NCBI GenBank assembly: GCA_051294905.1
Contig: CM119372.1
Location: 34,784,001-34,848,000, forward strand
Origin: Botryllus schlosseri
Lineage: Eukaryota
DNA: 64,000 nucleotides
Reading direction: 5' to 3'
Shown here piece after piece: positions 41,150 through 54,758 of the stretch. The notes beneath the pieces were generated by a model. It searched no databases, was not told the DNA's origin, and saw only the letters and a program-made list of their open reading frames with translations. The position numbers and the translations under genes are program-made. The stretch's first letter is position 1; each line of letters begins with the position of its first letter.

Positions 41150-41900
41150 GTGAGTCAAAAGTACATACCGTATATTACCACGATTGGACATCATTTTTAA
41201 ATATAATGAACTGAAAGGTAGAGGGTTTCGATATGTTATTTTCTTGTAAATGATAGCCTACGAAATACGAATGAAGGATATTACTTTGGAAGAGCATAAT
41301 TTCAACTTTGTATATATCATGGTATATCAAACATCCTGTGCCGCAGATTGCTATTAAAAATATGACCATTGCTGTCATCACAGTTTTGGATATACTTAAA
41401 TGAGAAGAGCGCGAAAGATTTGATGAGCAGGCTGTAGTTAGTATGTATCTGCTCTTATGATGGATATTCATATGGGTATAATGCCATGACTTGTGCGATA
41501 TCTGTCGTGAAAATACATTACGATAAAGTTTCTCCGGGGATATCTAGCTATCCTTTAGTTTCCCTATCCACACCATTTTTTGTACCAAAGTTGTTTATTC
41601 AATTCCATGAAATTACAGAATAACACTGTTCGCGGCTTAAGTCACCTCGAACATAGCTACGATTACTTGTTTGTGAAAATCGCAGAGCAGTACCATCCGC
41701 ACTAATGAGATTAAATCGCTCCAATCGTCCAACTCAAAAGAGACTAAATTTTATTTCCTGGTATCGCAGTTATTGCCAGTGATAGCAGGCCCGGTCTTAT
41801 CCATTCCACGAAGAGCACTATGTTCCTATACGCTTACAGGAATCGAACTCTATTCATGCGAGATCAGCACATCACTTTATCTTCAATTTATTTGTTCCAG

Positions 41901-42030
41901 ATCTGCATTCAACCACATATTGGTGAGTTTATGTGTCAGTGATATTGCATCAGCTGTTAACAGCGGCTTTGTAGTGTATCGCAAAACGTACGGACGCGAA
42001 ATGTTCCAACTTCCGACACTCATATGCAAG
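41901..42030 (+). CDS. Class-A GPCR paralog, TM2-ECL1 exon
   Basis: ttccag|...|gtagga, phase compatible with the previous exon: SAFNHILVSLCVSDIASAVNSGFVVYRKTYGREMFQLPTLICK (LxxxD of TM2, Cys at start of TM3). Confidence 0.85.
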
Positions 42031-44345
42031 GTAGGACGTTACCGGCGTTATTTCGCAACTTCCTCACACGTGGTAAATACAACGTCGATCACAGCGATAA
42101 AATAATTGAAGATTGATAGCAAACATGGTTCGTTTAACTTGAATCAGATTGGATGACAAATGCACATGAAAACTATTCGAAATTATGCGAATTCACATTC
42201 TTGGACTAACATTATTGGTGCGACTAACCCGTAATTATGATTCCAACGCGAACTATTGGCTGATATAAGTATGGTGGTAATTGATAATAATGTCAGTCTT
42301 AGATGTGCATCCACAAGAACTAAGCACACATATACCGCTGATTCACCGATTTTAGTATTTTTGGCATTATCGACCTATACTTTGAAAGTTGATAATCGCT
42401 GTAGGACGAAAATGTCTAATTATATATTAATCACGGAATGAATAATCGTGTGAAAAATCCAATCAGTTTGAATACAAAATGAATGACTGACCTTTAAGTT
42501 TGATGTTTATCCAGTTCTTCGCCTAGCGTGATTCGTTTTTAAGAAAGTTTGTTCTCCGATGTCACAAGAGAAGGCTACCGAAATATATAAATGCTACGAT
42601 GTAGTTGCAGTGACCATCCTTAAAACTTGACAGACAGGCAATGACACGACAATTAGGTCACCAATAATTGCAATTGATCCATACGCACGATACGGCATGA
42701 TGGTGACGAATAATAAATACTGTATATCGTAGTGGTATGTTTTACAGGTACAACATCACTGAGTCGCGGGTGCAATTCCGACCGGGATCTATTCCCGAGT
42801 TCCAACCTAACTATTTATCTTGTCATCTCATACCTGGACAATGAGCGATACCATCCAAACTCCCATAACTCAGCTCAGAAATCATAAAAAATATCTGCGG
42901 GCTGGTGTACAATTGCTATGACCAATGACCATAGGATGCATGTCGACAGACCTTGATTAGTAAAATACAACACCATAAGACATCAGGCCGTCGGTTTTCA
43001 AAGGCAGTCACGGGTTTTCGTTCCTTTTTTAAACCTTAAACTACTTTTCGGGGTGCGCGATCCGTGGCATATACTCTACAACAGGGATGCAAAACATACA
43101 ACTTGTGATGCAATGCAGAGTGAATGAAGCAATGCTAGTATTTTCCGGCCCATTTCAATCAGAAACTACAATTTTTATTGAGAAATGCTGTCAATTTAAT
43201 TTTTTCCGAACATCTCAAATGTCCAACAAGTTCATAAGTCACATTATGATCGTCCGGCTACAATGTAGAAACGTCACGATAGTCACCATCAACTAAAAGT
43301 ATGTCACATTGACTCTTAATTCTGGAAAGAGCGAAAACTACACCCAGAGTGCAGAATTTTCAAAGAAAGTCCGACGGAATACCAGTTAGTCGCATAGGCA
43401 AAGACGCAAAACTAAACTGTCGAATGAGGATTTAATAATAATCAACCAAATTCGTTTAAGGCAAAATCCCTTGTATTCCTTGCTACGCAGACGCAGTGCA
43501 AACATCGCATCAGGAACAAAGGAAAGGGAGATGAGATAGCGACCTTATATCGCCGTGACCATTAGCTTCAGAGCCGCCGTTTTAATGATTCATAACTGCG
43601 TTCAATCAACCATATATTGCTAATCTCATTGTATGCGAATGAACATTTTTCCAGAATAGAGGCATAATGATCCGTATTATTATATATTATGTAGGCCTAT
43701 ATCCATAATATTGGAGCGTACAATCGAAAAATGGTATTGATTGTGGGATCATTTGACATGTCGATGTCGGGCTCAGGAGTAACCGAGACGTCTGAATCCT
43801 GCTCTACAGCTTAATCTCGTATAGACTCACGCAACCGTGAGTCTCGATAGAAGAATTCACGTCAGAACTCTAACAAGACCGTTTAATTGATGTGAATGAA
43901 GCAAAGTAGATGATGTTAAGGGGGCGTCAAATTGAACAAAAGGTAAGACCCATCGTTTTAGTCTATTCAGGCGACGTATCACTAAATTTTACGGCTGAAT
44001 GACACTACTTGTTGATCGAACCAAACACAACTATATCAGACGTTCAACAAGCAGCTACTATATACTCACATTGCATCAATTCTGACCACACCTGCCTAAA
44101 AATGCAGTGAAGCGGCATCCCCAAGGTGACTCCTTACATTATCATGATGTCGGAATACTGCTTCGCACTATATCCGCCGAAATTGACACATCATAGAATA
44201 GAAGCGTCGACATTGTTGTGATCGGAACTGGTAGTTTCGTGATATGCGATACACACAGCTTTGATCACTATATTAGCCATCGTAACATTGACTTGATTGT
44301 GAACATGATACGTGGATATAATTAGATGTAATCGATACTGTTTAC

Positions 44346-45309
44346 CAGTGTTGGGATGACTCGAGTCATGACTTGACTCGAGTCAGACTCGAGTCAACTT
44401 TTTGGTATGACTTGACTTGACTCGAGTCACTTTGGTAAAATGACTTGACTTGACTTGACTCGGCGTATCAAAAATATGGATTGACTCGTGACTCGGAGCA
44501 AAATTCACGAGTCAATTTCAAGTCATCAAGCATTCGGTGACGATAAAAATCACTGTATCTTGCATGTTCGGATTGCTCGTCAAACGCTGGCGTAACTCGT
44601 GAGAGCGACCAATCATTCAATGATCGTGTGTTTTACTGAGCCTACATTATTCTCCAACAAATATATTGACCACAAACGAAGCGATCGAAGCTTACAGCTT
44701 ACGTTGTCGTAAACTAGTAGTCGAGTAGTTTAATACCAAAATATCTCTTGCTGTTCTTACCTTAACCGAACCTTTTATTTTATTTTGAAATTAAAATCGA
44801 ATAGAGTTTATATATTCCTCAACCATTGGCGCAGACACGAATTGTATCATATCAATATGTATAAATGGGTAATGTATTGCATCTTATCAATTCGTTTCTT
44901 TATTATTTATTTTGGCTGGTAACTATTAACTGAGGCTATGCAATTACGCAGTTTAGCAGTTCTACGCATATGTAAGCGATACAGCCCCTTATTGCATGTA
45001 TATTTAACTCTATATTCGTTCGTCGGTTCAGAATCAATGACCAATTAATTTGTAATTCAGACAGCTGGCGAAATATAATGACGTAACCATGCTTTATACT
45101 TCGAAAAGGCAACTTGACTTGAATTTTGACTTGACTCGTGACTTGACTTGACTTGACTCGACTTGACTCGAGTCATCTCCAAAAATCGAGTGACTTGACT
45201 TGACTCGAGTCACCTTCAAAAATCGATTGACTTGACTTGACTCGAGTCAAAATGTGCAATGACTCGAAATGACTCGTGACTCGAAGGTAGTGACTTGATT
45301 CCTACACTG
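44346..45309 (+). mobile_element. Full-length GACTC/GAGTC-rich hAT-like MITE
   Basis: TIR cagtgttggga/tcctacactg, perfect TSD ctgtttac, subterminal gacttgactcgagtc arrays. Confidence 0.93.
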
Positions 45310-46039
45310 CTGTTTACACCCTTAACCGAATGAAAGCGTAGCTGATGTAGCGCCTCTCTAACGCGATATACATACCAGTCACTAATCATAACATATATTA
45401 TGCATTCCCATGCAATATTTATACGACTCATCTTTCACGCATCGTGTGTAAGCACGATCACAGATCGGGAATCACGACAATGCTAGGTTTCTAATGCAGA
45501 GTATCCGGTTTACAAGTCAATCTATGATGTCAACGTTTGTAAACAACGGTGATGGAGTTGTGCACCGTCAATATTATACGGAGTTCTTCCAAAATCCCAG
45601 AAAGACTGGCGGCACACCTGAGAAACCGGGACGGCACACAGTTTGGAAATCACTGCTACACACAAACGGACTCAAGTCTAGTAGAGTCAACGAAGGATTG
45701 TAACTCAAGCCCGGCTCGAGCCGAGTCATGACACCAGTCATTTCAACCCTGGTAGCATTATAAGCCTACCCTACGATTAGCAACGCTTATCAGTTTAACA
45801 GACCATACCATATCGGGCCAAATATGTCATGATTCATATTCTAGGATCGTTTGCAATTGTTCGTCTGCCTATAGCAGTGGTTCCCAACCTGTGGTACGCG
45901 AGGTCTTCCAGGTGGTACGCGAGTGGACTCTGTTTTTTTTCGACCGAAAGGAGGTATTAGTTCAGGTGGGGTTGACTTCAAGTTTTTTGAAACCGTCGTC
46001 ATCGTGGATAGAGAGACTCCCACCAATGACGACCTACGG

Positions 46040-47095
46040 CAGGGGTGGCCAACCTGCGGTCGCATGTTGTTGTTTTTATTAACTCATATAATTGGAGCTT
46101 TTCAACTCGAGGTTATTTGCGCCCACACAGTAAATTTCATACAATTCATAATGGCATGTCTTCTTGGACTTGAGTCTTTTATTTTCGGCTCATTTGCTGC
46201 CTCCTTTCATGAGTTCGGCTCTCTCTTCGTCTGGGCTTTTAAATGCGCTGTAGTACAGCGGGATCGGCGATGAGGAGCCCAGATAAACCTCCGACACATA
46301 GAAACATGGCAGAGCCGAGACTCGAACCATCAACCATCGATGTCGTGACTGCAGTGTTTAACCAACTGCGCCACTCGCTTCCCCTGCAGTAGAAGGTAAT
46401 TTGTGCGGCCGTGGACATGTAATTCAATTAGTATGTGTTGGCGGCCGTCGACATGCAATTTGCATTTACGACTTGACTCCCGATTTCTTGATAGATTTTA
46501 ATTAATCTTGAAATTTTCTTCGCGCTGGCCGCGAAGAGTAAAGGAAGATGATGCGCCCTATATAGAAATACCAACTCGAAATCGTGTATACCTATAACTA
46601 TACAGACAATCCTGATTGGAGGTCGAGAAATAACAGCGTGCAACAAAGTGACTAATAACAATTGGCCCACCCGAAGATGCATCATCATTTACAACTTGCC
46701 CTCAATTTCCGACAACACCCCTCTATCATCTCTACCGGTGAATATGACCACATCCATGGGCTGAGAAAGGATAAATGTTTGATAGTAATATGTAAAACTT
46801 CTATTATTATTCACGAAATTCATTAGTAAATCTTTAAAAAAAATTCGCGCGGCAATGCCTGCAGTCCCATAACATCACCAGTGACCAGTGACCACTCGCG
46901 ATTTCGTTACATATACCATGCCAATATGATTAAATAGATTATTTCCGAGTTCACCAGAAATGGACGTAGAAACTGTAACGTGAACATTTGGCGTCCATAT
47001 ATAGGTAATTACGACTATATGCCCTGGAATGCGGCCGTCGGCTACATGGGTAGTTGAAATGCGGCCATGAATGGCAAAAAGGTTGGCCACCCCTG
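46040..47095. mobile_element. Nested hAT-type MITE
   Basis: TIR caggggtggccaacc/ggttggccacccctg, TSD acctacgg/gcctacgg. Confidence 0.9.
46140..46384 (-). mobile_element. tRNA-derived SINE
   Basis: Minus strand A box TGGCGCAGTTGG (46362..46373) and B box GGTTCGAGTC (46319..46328), followed by a core shared with 48050..48100; 3' end approximate. Confidence 0.8.
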
Positions 47096-47849
47096 GCCTA
47101 CGGGGAAGAGATCTTATAGTAAAGCATTGGGATTCTCACCTAACCATATTACGTTTTAACATATTTGACCACAATAATTCCAAATGTGTCCATACAGAAA
47201 TCATTCGCTGTACCTTAAAATGGGCCGTTTATTTTCTGTTTCGCTGCCTTTGGCAGCTCAACACGGTGGAAACATTTTGACCTCCTTCGGCGATCGTAAC
47301 TTATGTACGTGGTACGCGAGCACTGCATAAAACCTCGAAATGGTACGTGGGTGGAAAAAGGTTGGGAACCACTGGCCTATAGCGAGCGTATAAGGCTGGT
47401 TTAATTTTATTCACCTTGTAACTTCGTTGAGTTTCGGGAACTGCTGCGTTGCCTGATCAAACATTTCATGTGACAGAAATTCTGTTCACTTTTTTGTTCC
47501 TGATCATTTTGAAATATCTCCATGCGCATAATGCTGATAAACATTGTATTTCTGTTTTTGACCTCGCAGCTGTCACCGACAAGGCCATACATCGAGAGCT
47601 CGCTGCCGTGTTCAACAAGGTTGCATAGTGAAGACTCGTGGGGATAAACGTATGAGAAGATATCATTGTGATCTTGTTCACATTGATAAACTGTAACAAA
47701 TCTCAGCAACTAAATGCCCAAACCAGCAACGGGCTGCAGAATATGAGCTCGCGTACCACATGTGGCTACAAGTCAGTGATCCCTGATATAAGGTTTAATG
47801 TATGTATGTATGTATTAATGGACACAACACAGTGGAGCGTGTCGCCTTT

Positions 47850-48168
47850 TTTAGGCCATGTGCTCCACGACACGAATTTCATAATGTTCAAAGGTCTTCG
47901 CTTTTGTATTCTTGGGAACGTCTTTCAGTCTCTCTCGCAGTCATTCTTCATTCTCTCTCGCTCTCATGCGTCCCCATCGAGGTCTCTGCTGCCGACTTGT
48001 AGCACGACTCACTTTCAGTCTGGGCTTTTCACTGCACTACCATAGTAGTGAGGTCGACGATGAGGAGCCCAGAGAAACCTCCGACACATAGACGTAGGTC
48101 AGAACCGGGATTCGAACCCACGTCCATTGGTGACGTAAGGTTTAATAGGAGAGACTGACACTTGAAAC
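47850..48168 (-). mobile_element. Second SINE, 5' head interrupted by element 48169..50780
   Basis: B box GGTTCGAATCC (48108..48118, minus) and shared core ctatgtgtcggaggtttctctgggctcctcatcg. Confidence 0.7.
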
Positions 48169-50780
48169 CAGAGGTGGTCAGTAACGAAGTAGTTTTCCTC
48201 TATTTCTGGTACTTACTCAAGTAGATCTGATTTTCGCTACTTCTACTTCTACTTCGTAATATTTTGTGATCTACTTACTTACTTTTCGCTATTTTCAGTT
48301 TGTCAAGTAGAAGTAGTTCAATCTTCCAATCAGGAAAATAGCCTGAGAAATTTCGGGACCGTTTTCACGGAGTATCGACATTTAATTTTCACAAAAGTTG
48401 AGTAAAGCCAAAAATTTTCATCACGCTTCACGCGCAGTGGATACGAAATGACCTGTATGATTTCACGCAAGTATCGGTGAACTTAATTTAGGTCGCGGGT
48501 TGGCTTGGTTCCGTTTACACCAATGGTTCTCAACCGCCGGTCCGCGACGACATTCCTGCCGGTCCGCGAGGTATATTACAATTTTATACTTCAATTTCAA
48601 GATGTAATGTCGAAGGCTGGTCCATTGATAGAATAAATAAAACATAAAATTTTAAAATGATTCAAAAATTCGTGAGGTAACATTAGGGCTTGAAACATGT
48701 TCGATTTGACATAAAGTTCAAGACGTGTTATTTGACGAGCGGCAAATATAGAATAGGTTCGAGCTGACTCATCGCTAAACAGCGCAGTTTGCGCGATCAT
48801 TCGTCTTCGATTCATTCATTTTGTGTAGGACCGTAACTGGGGCACCCAAAACCGCCCGATTGGAGTGGGTTCGACCTTGAAAAGTGCCCAAAATTATTTT
48901 GCAAATGAACCTAAATCATAGCGTATTTTTCTGAAACCTTTTCCAATATTTTTCAATTTCTTTTCGCGCTTTGCGCGATTTAGTGTTACTAAATGGCTTG
49001 CTTATTAGGTGCCCTTCTCCGAGATATACGCATGATTTATAGAAATGGGCATTTCGGCGTCAGCCATTACCCAGCCACGACTTACCAACCCCTAATGAAG
49101 TATAGGCTAACATGGAACTTCGACGGGTTAGCCAAAAATTCGGCAGTGAGAAAACCGATTCAGTCATGAATGATCTATAATATTCAGTATTGCCGCGATT
49201 AAGCTACATAAACTCTCTGCTTACACCGAGTAGAATGAATGTGCTCACAAGTACATTTGAAAACATCCACCGAACTGTAGGGTCTTGGGGTGAATCACCC
49301 GGAAGTTTGGTTTATCTCCCTGTGGGGGACCAAGACCAACGTTTTTGGGGGTGGCCTAACGAAGTGCTTTTGCGGCTCGGATTTCCGGATGACCGGTATA
49401 GTTGCTGCAAGGTGTTTTTCTGCGGCACACATTGTATTCGTAGTTGCCAGAGTAGCGTATGCGTCTGATGGAAGTGGGCAATAAGCAAGGTAGCACGGCA
49501 AGGTGCCCGGTTCGACTTGGTGCTTGGTTCGACTTGGTTCGAGTTGTCGTGGTCGGTTAAACCCACGGCCTTCGGAGCGAAAGACTGTAAACGACTCTCG
49601 GCGGTAGCACGTTTATCTGGATAAGGCAATTTTACCTCGAGTCAGCAGACTGACTACCATAAAATCACATGAATGTCATCATGAAGATGATTAATTACGA
49701 TCAAATCCCTTTAAATTTCACTCTCTAGCACCATATAATTGCAAAAAAACGGTTGCATACTTTACATTTTGGCTTCATTTCAATTTTCGAAGTGCACCGG
49801 TCCGCCAGACATTTTTTAAAGATTTCACCGGTCCGCTAGGTGAAAAAAGTTGAGAACCACTGGTTTACACCACATTGTCGCCCTTCGCCCATATGAAATA
49901 ATTCATCACAGTCTATATGGCTCATCATAACGTTTGAAATTGATGTTTCGCAATCTAGCATTTACTTGTCATACCGTAATCTAGCATGGCCATGGCGTGT
50001 TCTAATCTGGAAACGTGGACTCGGACTCTTCTTTTAGTTTTAGAGCTGTTTTAGCACACCACCTTTGAAACTTTCTGGACTAAAGGCATGGAATACATGT
50101 TCCACTTCTAGAGTAGTATTCATATTTCACTTTTAATTCCCAGTAGCACATCATATACTTTGAGTTATAATTAATATCAGTTCTTTTGTCTGGATAACAT
50201 ACATGTTGAACTATAAAAGCAAGTGTAGTAATGCCTTTTATTTCCGGAAATAATGCTACACAATATGTCATTTTGACAGTCCACCATATTTTTATTAACG
50301 TTTAATAATCGCGCAAAGTGTTTACACCGTATCCTTTACAACTTTTCCGTATTGCTCTTCGACTAAACTACGGGTCTTATTATATGGGGTATGGCGCCGT
50401 ACCATGCTATTTTCTAAAACGTGCTATTCGAGAAAACAGAGGATTTGTATCGCATTTCCATATCGATACTATCATGATGTGGATGAATGCTTATGCTATC
50501 GAAAATTCGATACCTGTTGGTATGCATCAATATGAATCAAGCTCGTCACCTTTTGCATAACTCAATTTGCACCTTTTTACAATCCATGTGAACGAATTAG
50601 GATCGTTTTGAAAACTACTTACTTACTTGAGTACTTTTAAAGTCAGTCAATTCTACTTCTACTTCAAGTAGTTTTAGGTTGAGTATGGAAGAAGTACTTC
50701 TACTCGTACTTGAGTAGATTTTTTCGTCGCTACTTCTACTTCTACTTGAGTAGCTTTCTTGACTACTTTGACCACCTCTG
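48169..50780. mobile_element. hAT-type element with tactt/aagta subterminal repeats
   Basis: TIR cagaggtggtca/tgaccacctctg, perfect TSD cttgaaac. Confidence 0.93.
48521..49862. mobile_element. Nested hAT-type MITE
   Basis: TIR caatggttctcaac/gttgagaaccactg, perfect TSD gtttacac. Confidence 0.9.
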
Positions 50781-51027
50781 CTTGAAACCTGGTCTTGCTA
50801 GCGATCACTCAACCCTGCTCCTCTGTTGAACTCTGACATTGCAACAAATTTCGCGCGACATGGGTCGTATGTTGGAAACGGTAAAAAGAGTTTAAGCATT
50901 AAAGTAATGATCTTCCGGTGATACGTCAAGAATTTAAAACATTTCAAACCATTTAATATTGTAATAAGCCTTTTCCAGATCTTTTGCCGAATCAGTTAGG
51001 TTTTTTTGTTTGTTTCCAAAGCGTTAC

Positions 51028-51207
51028 GCGTCCATTGCAAATGATCTCGAAGACCATCGTACGGATGCCATCTTAGGTGCTATTGTGACTTCACTCCCTA
51101 GTAAACAGACATGGTTTGCTGAGCAATAATGTGGGTCGACGAAAGAAGCGTTATTCTTGCGCATTAGGGAAGCCTTCATAAATGAAGTCGGCAAACTATT
51201 GTTTAGG
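51028..51207 (-). CDS. C2-like exon (LNNSLPTSFMKASLMRK...)
   Basis: ttccag acceptor, open 180 bp; LPTSFMKASL resembles the C2 LPDPYVKxxL motif; donor gtaacg tentative. Confidence 0.5.
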
Positions 51208-51425
51208 CTGGAAGGCACATAAATTTCCAACGAGGAATATATGTAGCATTGTTCACATCAGTTTCGTGTTGTTTTATTATGAACATAGGTGACACCTCTA
51301 TCCTCCATCTTGTGTTGAACTAATACGAAAATACATCGCAATATGATATGTTGGAATAATATTGCAATAATATTATTAAAATTATTGGAAATATATTGGA
51401 ATAATACAGAGTCCACTCTCCTTAC

Positions 51426-51570
51426 CATACGTTTACAGATAGCTTATAAACGCTCTGTAACTTGTCATCAAGTCGCAACAAACTACAGATTCGGCCTTCG
51501 ACTACTTCAATCAACACCATCCATGATACTTCATCTGAGATGTTACCAAGTGTTGTCGCTTGAATTATAC
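51426..51570 (-). CDS. Exon linking two C2-like domains
   Basis: ctcag|...|gtaagg, 145 bp open: IIQATTLGNISDEVSWMVLIEVVEGRICSLLRLDDKLQSVYKLSVNV; phase 2 end matches the next exon. Confidence 0.55.
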
Positions 51571-52330
51571 CTGAGAACCAACTAGTCCACATACTGTATA
51601 GTTAGTACAGTAAAAGTGGAGTTATGACGTCGAATTAGAATGTACTATATTGGAGCTATCGATGTATGCAGTAGTTCAAAAGTATTGTGGAATCATACAT
51701 GCTTGGAAAGCTCCCCAACGCAAGAGAAATCGTATCCATGCCATCAATTTTCTAATTGCCGCCACTCTCCAAATTGCAAGATGAATCTCCGGGAATATTA
51801 CACATTGACCGATACAGCTACCACAAATAAAGCATAATGTAGGGGTACTAAACATTCATCAAATTCGGAACTATTCCGCCACGGACCACATCTCACTTCA
51901 CATGCATCGCGTTCAATCAGCCTACACGTTGCGACGCCACAAGAAAGCGCAATGCACGGAGCAAGAATACGCCAGTGTAAACATATAAGTAACATATTTA
52001 TTTCTGAAACCGTAGTTGCAATTATTATTATTTTTCAGATTTCTTGACCTTACAATTAATGGAAAGGCCAGGACATAATATAATTTACGCATCAATGCAA
52101 CGACAACTTGCATTCCAATACTTTTCTTCTAACAGCTATCCATTCAGCACTGGAAACGACGTCTTGGCTTTCGCGTCCGAACCGTTGTCCTGAACACAAA
52201 ACGACTTGATCAACATATAAGTCGTGATACCCAATAAGACTTCTGCTGCGTTACTTCAACACGATCCTAAGTAGCGTGCATCCGCGGGCAGAGCTATAAA
52301 AGTGGGAATAAAGATGTAACAGATAATCAC

Positions 52331-53153
52331 TACGGCGATTTTTTTGACATGTCCAAAGAAGCCGAAAATTTGTCAAAATTGTAGCGTGAGGTCAAAAAAT
52401 TGTCAAAATTCTTTACAAAGTCAATTTTATTTTGCAACCGGAATTTCGTTTTTATCGCAGATGTTTGCACTGTGTGTGAACTCATCATTGATATTTTACA
52501 GCTTGTAACCCAATTTATCGGCCTACCGTTGTATACGGTCCATTGTCTGCTCATTGTGAATCATAAACGGCCAAATGAAACAAATAGGTTGGCATAGTGG
52601 TATGCTCAACATACCGCAATATCCTAACTGAAGCAAGTCTGCGTGGGCAACGGGCATTGTTTTTTTTTATCACCAAGCGCATGCTGAAAAATTGTGATAG
52701 AGACAAAATTGTTGCAACAAGGTGTGTCACCAGCCGTGTACTGTACACACAACTTCAGTGTTGCCAGCCAACAACTGCTGCTGCTGAACGATATTTTTCC
52801 ATTCTTGGCCGCTACTTAGTAAGGACAGACATTTGCTACCCGAGAATGCAGGAAAGTATCTTTCGTTGTACTAAAACAATTTATTTTCAGATTTAGATAA
52901 AAGAAATTTTTCTAATGTAACAATTTATCAGTTTTTAAGTCAAAAAAGTTAGCTCAGGCCTAATTACTTCGTAATGACTGACAGTGCCGACCAGAAATGA
53001 AGAAAAACATTGATATTTTGTGGGAAACACCTAATTTACATACATGAGGTTGAAATTTGGTCGAAATTGAGTTTTTTTAATGTCAAAAAAGTCAAAATTT
53101 TGATTTTTAGGTCAAAATCTTTCATTTTTTAGGTTTAAAAAATAATTGCCTTA
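52331..53153 (+). mobile_element. hAT-like deletion derivative with dimerisation-domain remnant
   Basis: QLQCCQPTTAAAERYFSILG, perfect TSD ataatcac; homologous to 11556..12402. Confidence 0.85.
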
Positions 53154-53184
53154 ATAATCACTAATCACACCCCTTAGTCACGAG

Positions 53185-53674
53185 TAGGGCTGGGCAAAAT
53201 CGAGTACCTGAGTGATTCGATTCTGAATCACGTATTGCGCTTCGGGTTGAGTCGAGTAATCGAGGATCACTCATTATGACGTCACAACAGATTGTACTTT
53301 GTCAAAGTTCAATTATGTACCTTTTATGTTACCACGAAGAACATAATGCCCGCTATCCGTCACATTTAAGATACTTTGCTAGTTTTTCTACCATACTGAT
53401 TTCATTGCACTGCTTGACAATGTTGTGGGATGACCATGATTTCGAAAAAGTGTTAAATCCAATAACGTCCGTAGCTTTGTGCTATGTCTGGTATGCTGCG
53501 ACACGACAAATCAAGGTTTCAAGGTTTTCTCAGTGGTATCAAACCCATATCACTGGTTAGAAAATTAATAATAATCTCAGTACTCGAAAAAATCGTTTTT
53601 CACTACTCGACTCGAATCATTAAAATTATCACTCGATTCAGATTCGAGTAATCGAATCATTGTGCCCATCCCTA
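53185..53674. mobile_element. hAT-type MITE
   Basis: TIR tagggctgggca/tgcccatcccta, perfect TSD gtcacgag. Confidence 0.9.
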
Positions 53675-54546
53675 GTCACGAGTGATTTATGCGCAATTCT
53701 TTCTTTGCTATTCCTTCCGTTATTGCGAACCCATGACAACCTCGTCGACTTGTTGGTTTTAGAAATGCGTCAATGTTGACTCGATGGGTTAATAAGAATT
53801 CGCTCGCTCTGTTAAGTTCTTTTTACCACACGATCTCACGTACAGAGAGTAGCAACTATCCGATACGTTAGAGGCCATCGTGAAATGACTGAACCAGTGC
53901 TTCTCAAACAATTTTAAAATACCGCCCACCGGGGACGCAAACCAGGTATCGAACGCCGCCTAACCCCTTACTCTCGACAAAAAGTTGTTTGATTCATAAC
54001 ACACTCACTATATTGTCGCGTATAGATTTCGCGTTGATCTAATTTAATAACAGCCCCATATGTACGCCGTGTCTGGGTTACAGTTTTGTACGAGTTCTAG
54101 GACAGACACAAACAATGAAAGCAATCGTACAACGCAACTTCACTTCCATATCATCGTACATCGTTTCTGTGCGATATGCGATCTTTAAACTTGTGATAAG
54201 TAAGAGTACGGAAGATTGCTGGTACGTTGTGCCAAATTTTCACTCCAATATGCGATAGGAAATTTCTTGACAGTCTTGATGATTTCAATGAAACAAATGG
54301 GACTGATTTTATGATAATCTCGTGTTATAATGGTGAATTGAATTGGGGCATTGGAAAAGTTGCCAAAATAGTCAGGTACTGTTCTTTCGTTATATTGTTC
54401 CATGATTTTTACAATTTCAAATTGATGCATAATGATTTAAATCCGAGACATTGAAAATGCCCAATTTTCTAAATTCAGGACTGACACAACTGCGCGCAGG
54501 TATATTGAATATAATCATAATGGCTTTTTTTGCTTGCAATACTTAC

Positions 54547-54758
54547 GTTTATTGAGCTCAATGTCGCAGGACGCCAGACACCTGTCGCTGAGCGTCTCCC
54601 TTTTTACAATTGATGCACGCAACACGCCATTACGAATGATCTTCAACGGTACGTTTCGTATCAGAATGTCTTTATCCCAGCTAACAGAATTCTTGCTCTG
54701 TGCGCCGATTCCCAGTTTCCCGCGATGGGGTGTTGATTTCGTGTTTTCTAATATATTG
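54547..54758 (-). CDS. C2-domain exon (C-terminal half)
   Basis: ttttag|...|gtaagt, 212 bp, open in the required phase: NILENTKSTPHRGKLGIGAQSKNSVSWDKDILIRNVPLKIIRNGVLRASIVKRETLSDRCLASCDIELNK. Confidence 0.72.

Larger units (their letters stand above)
45875..47374. mobile_element. hAT-type MITE hosting nested insertions
   Basis: TIR cagtggttcccaacct/aggttgggaaccactg, perfect TSD gcctatag. Confidence 0.93.

Noticed and set aside
43800..44282. Semi-open exon-like frames downstream of the GPCR TM2 exon
   Set aside because: Several stops, no TM3/DRY-like motif, and the implied intron is under 30 bp.
46300..46384. Possible tRNA gene
   Set aside because: A and B boxes are present but I see no convincing cloverleaf, and it continues into a SINE core shared with another element.
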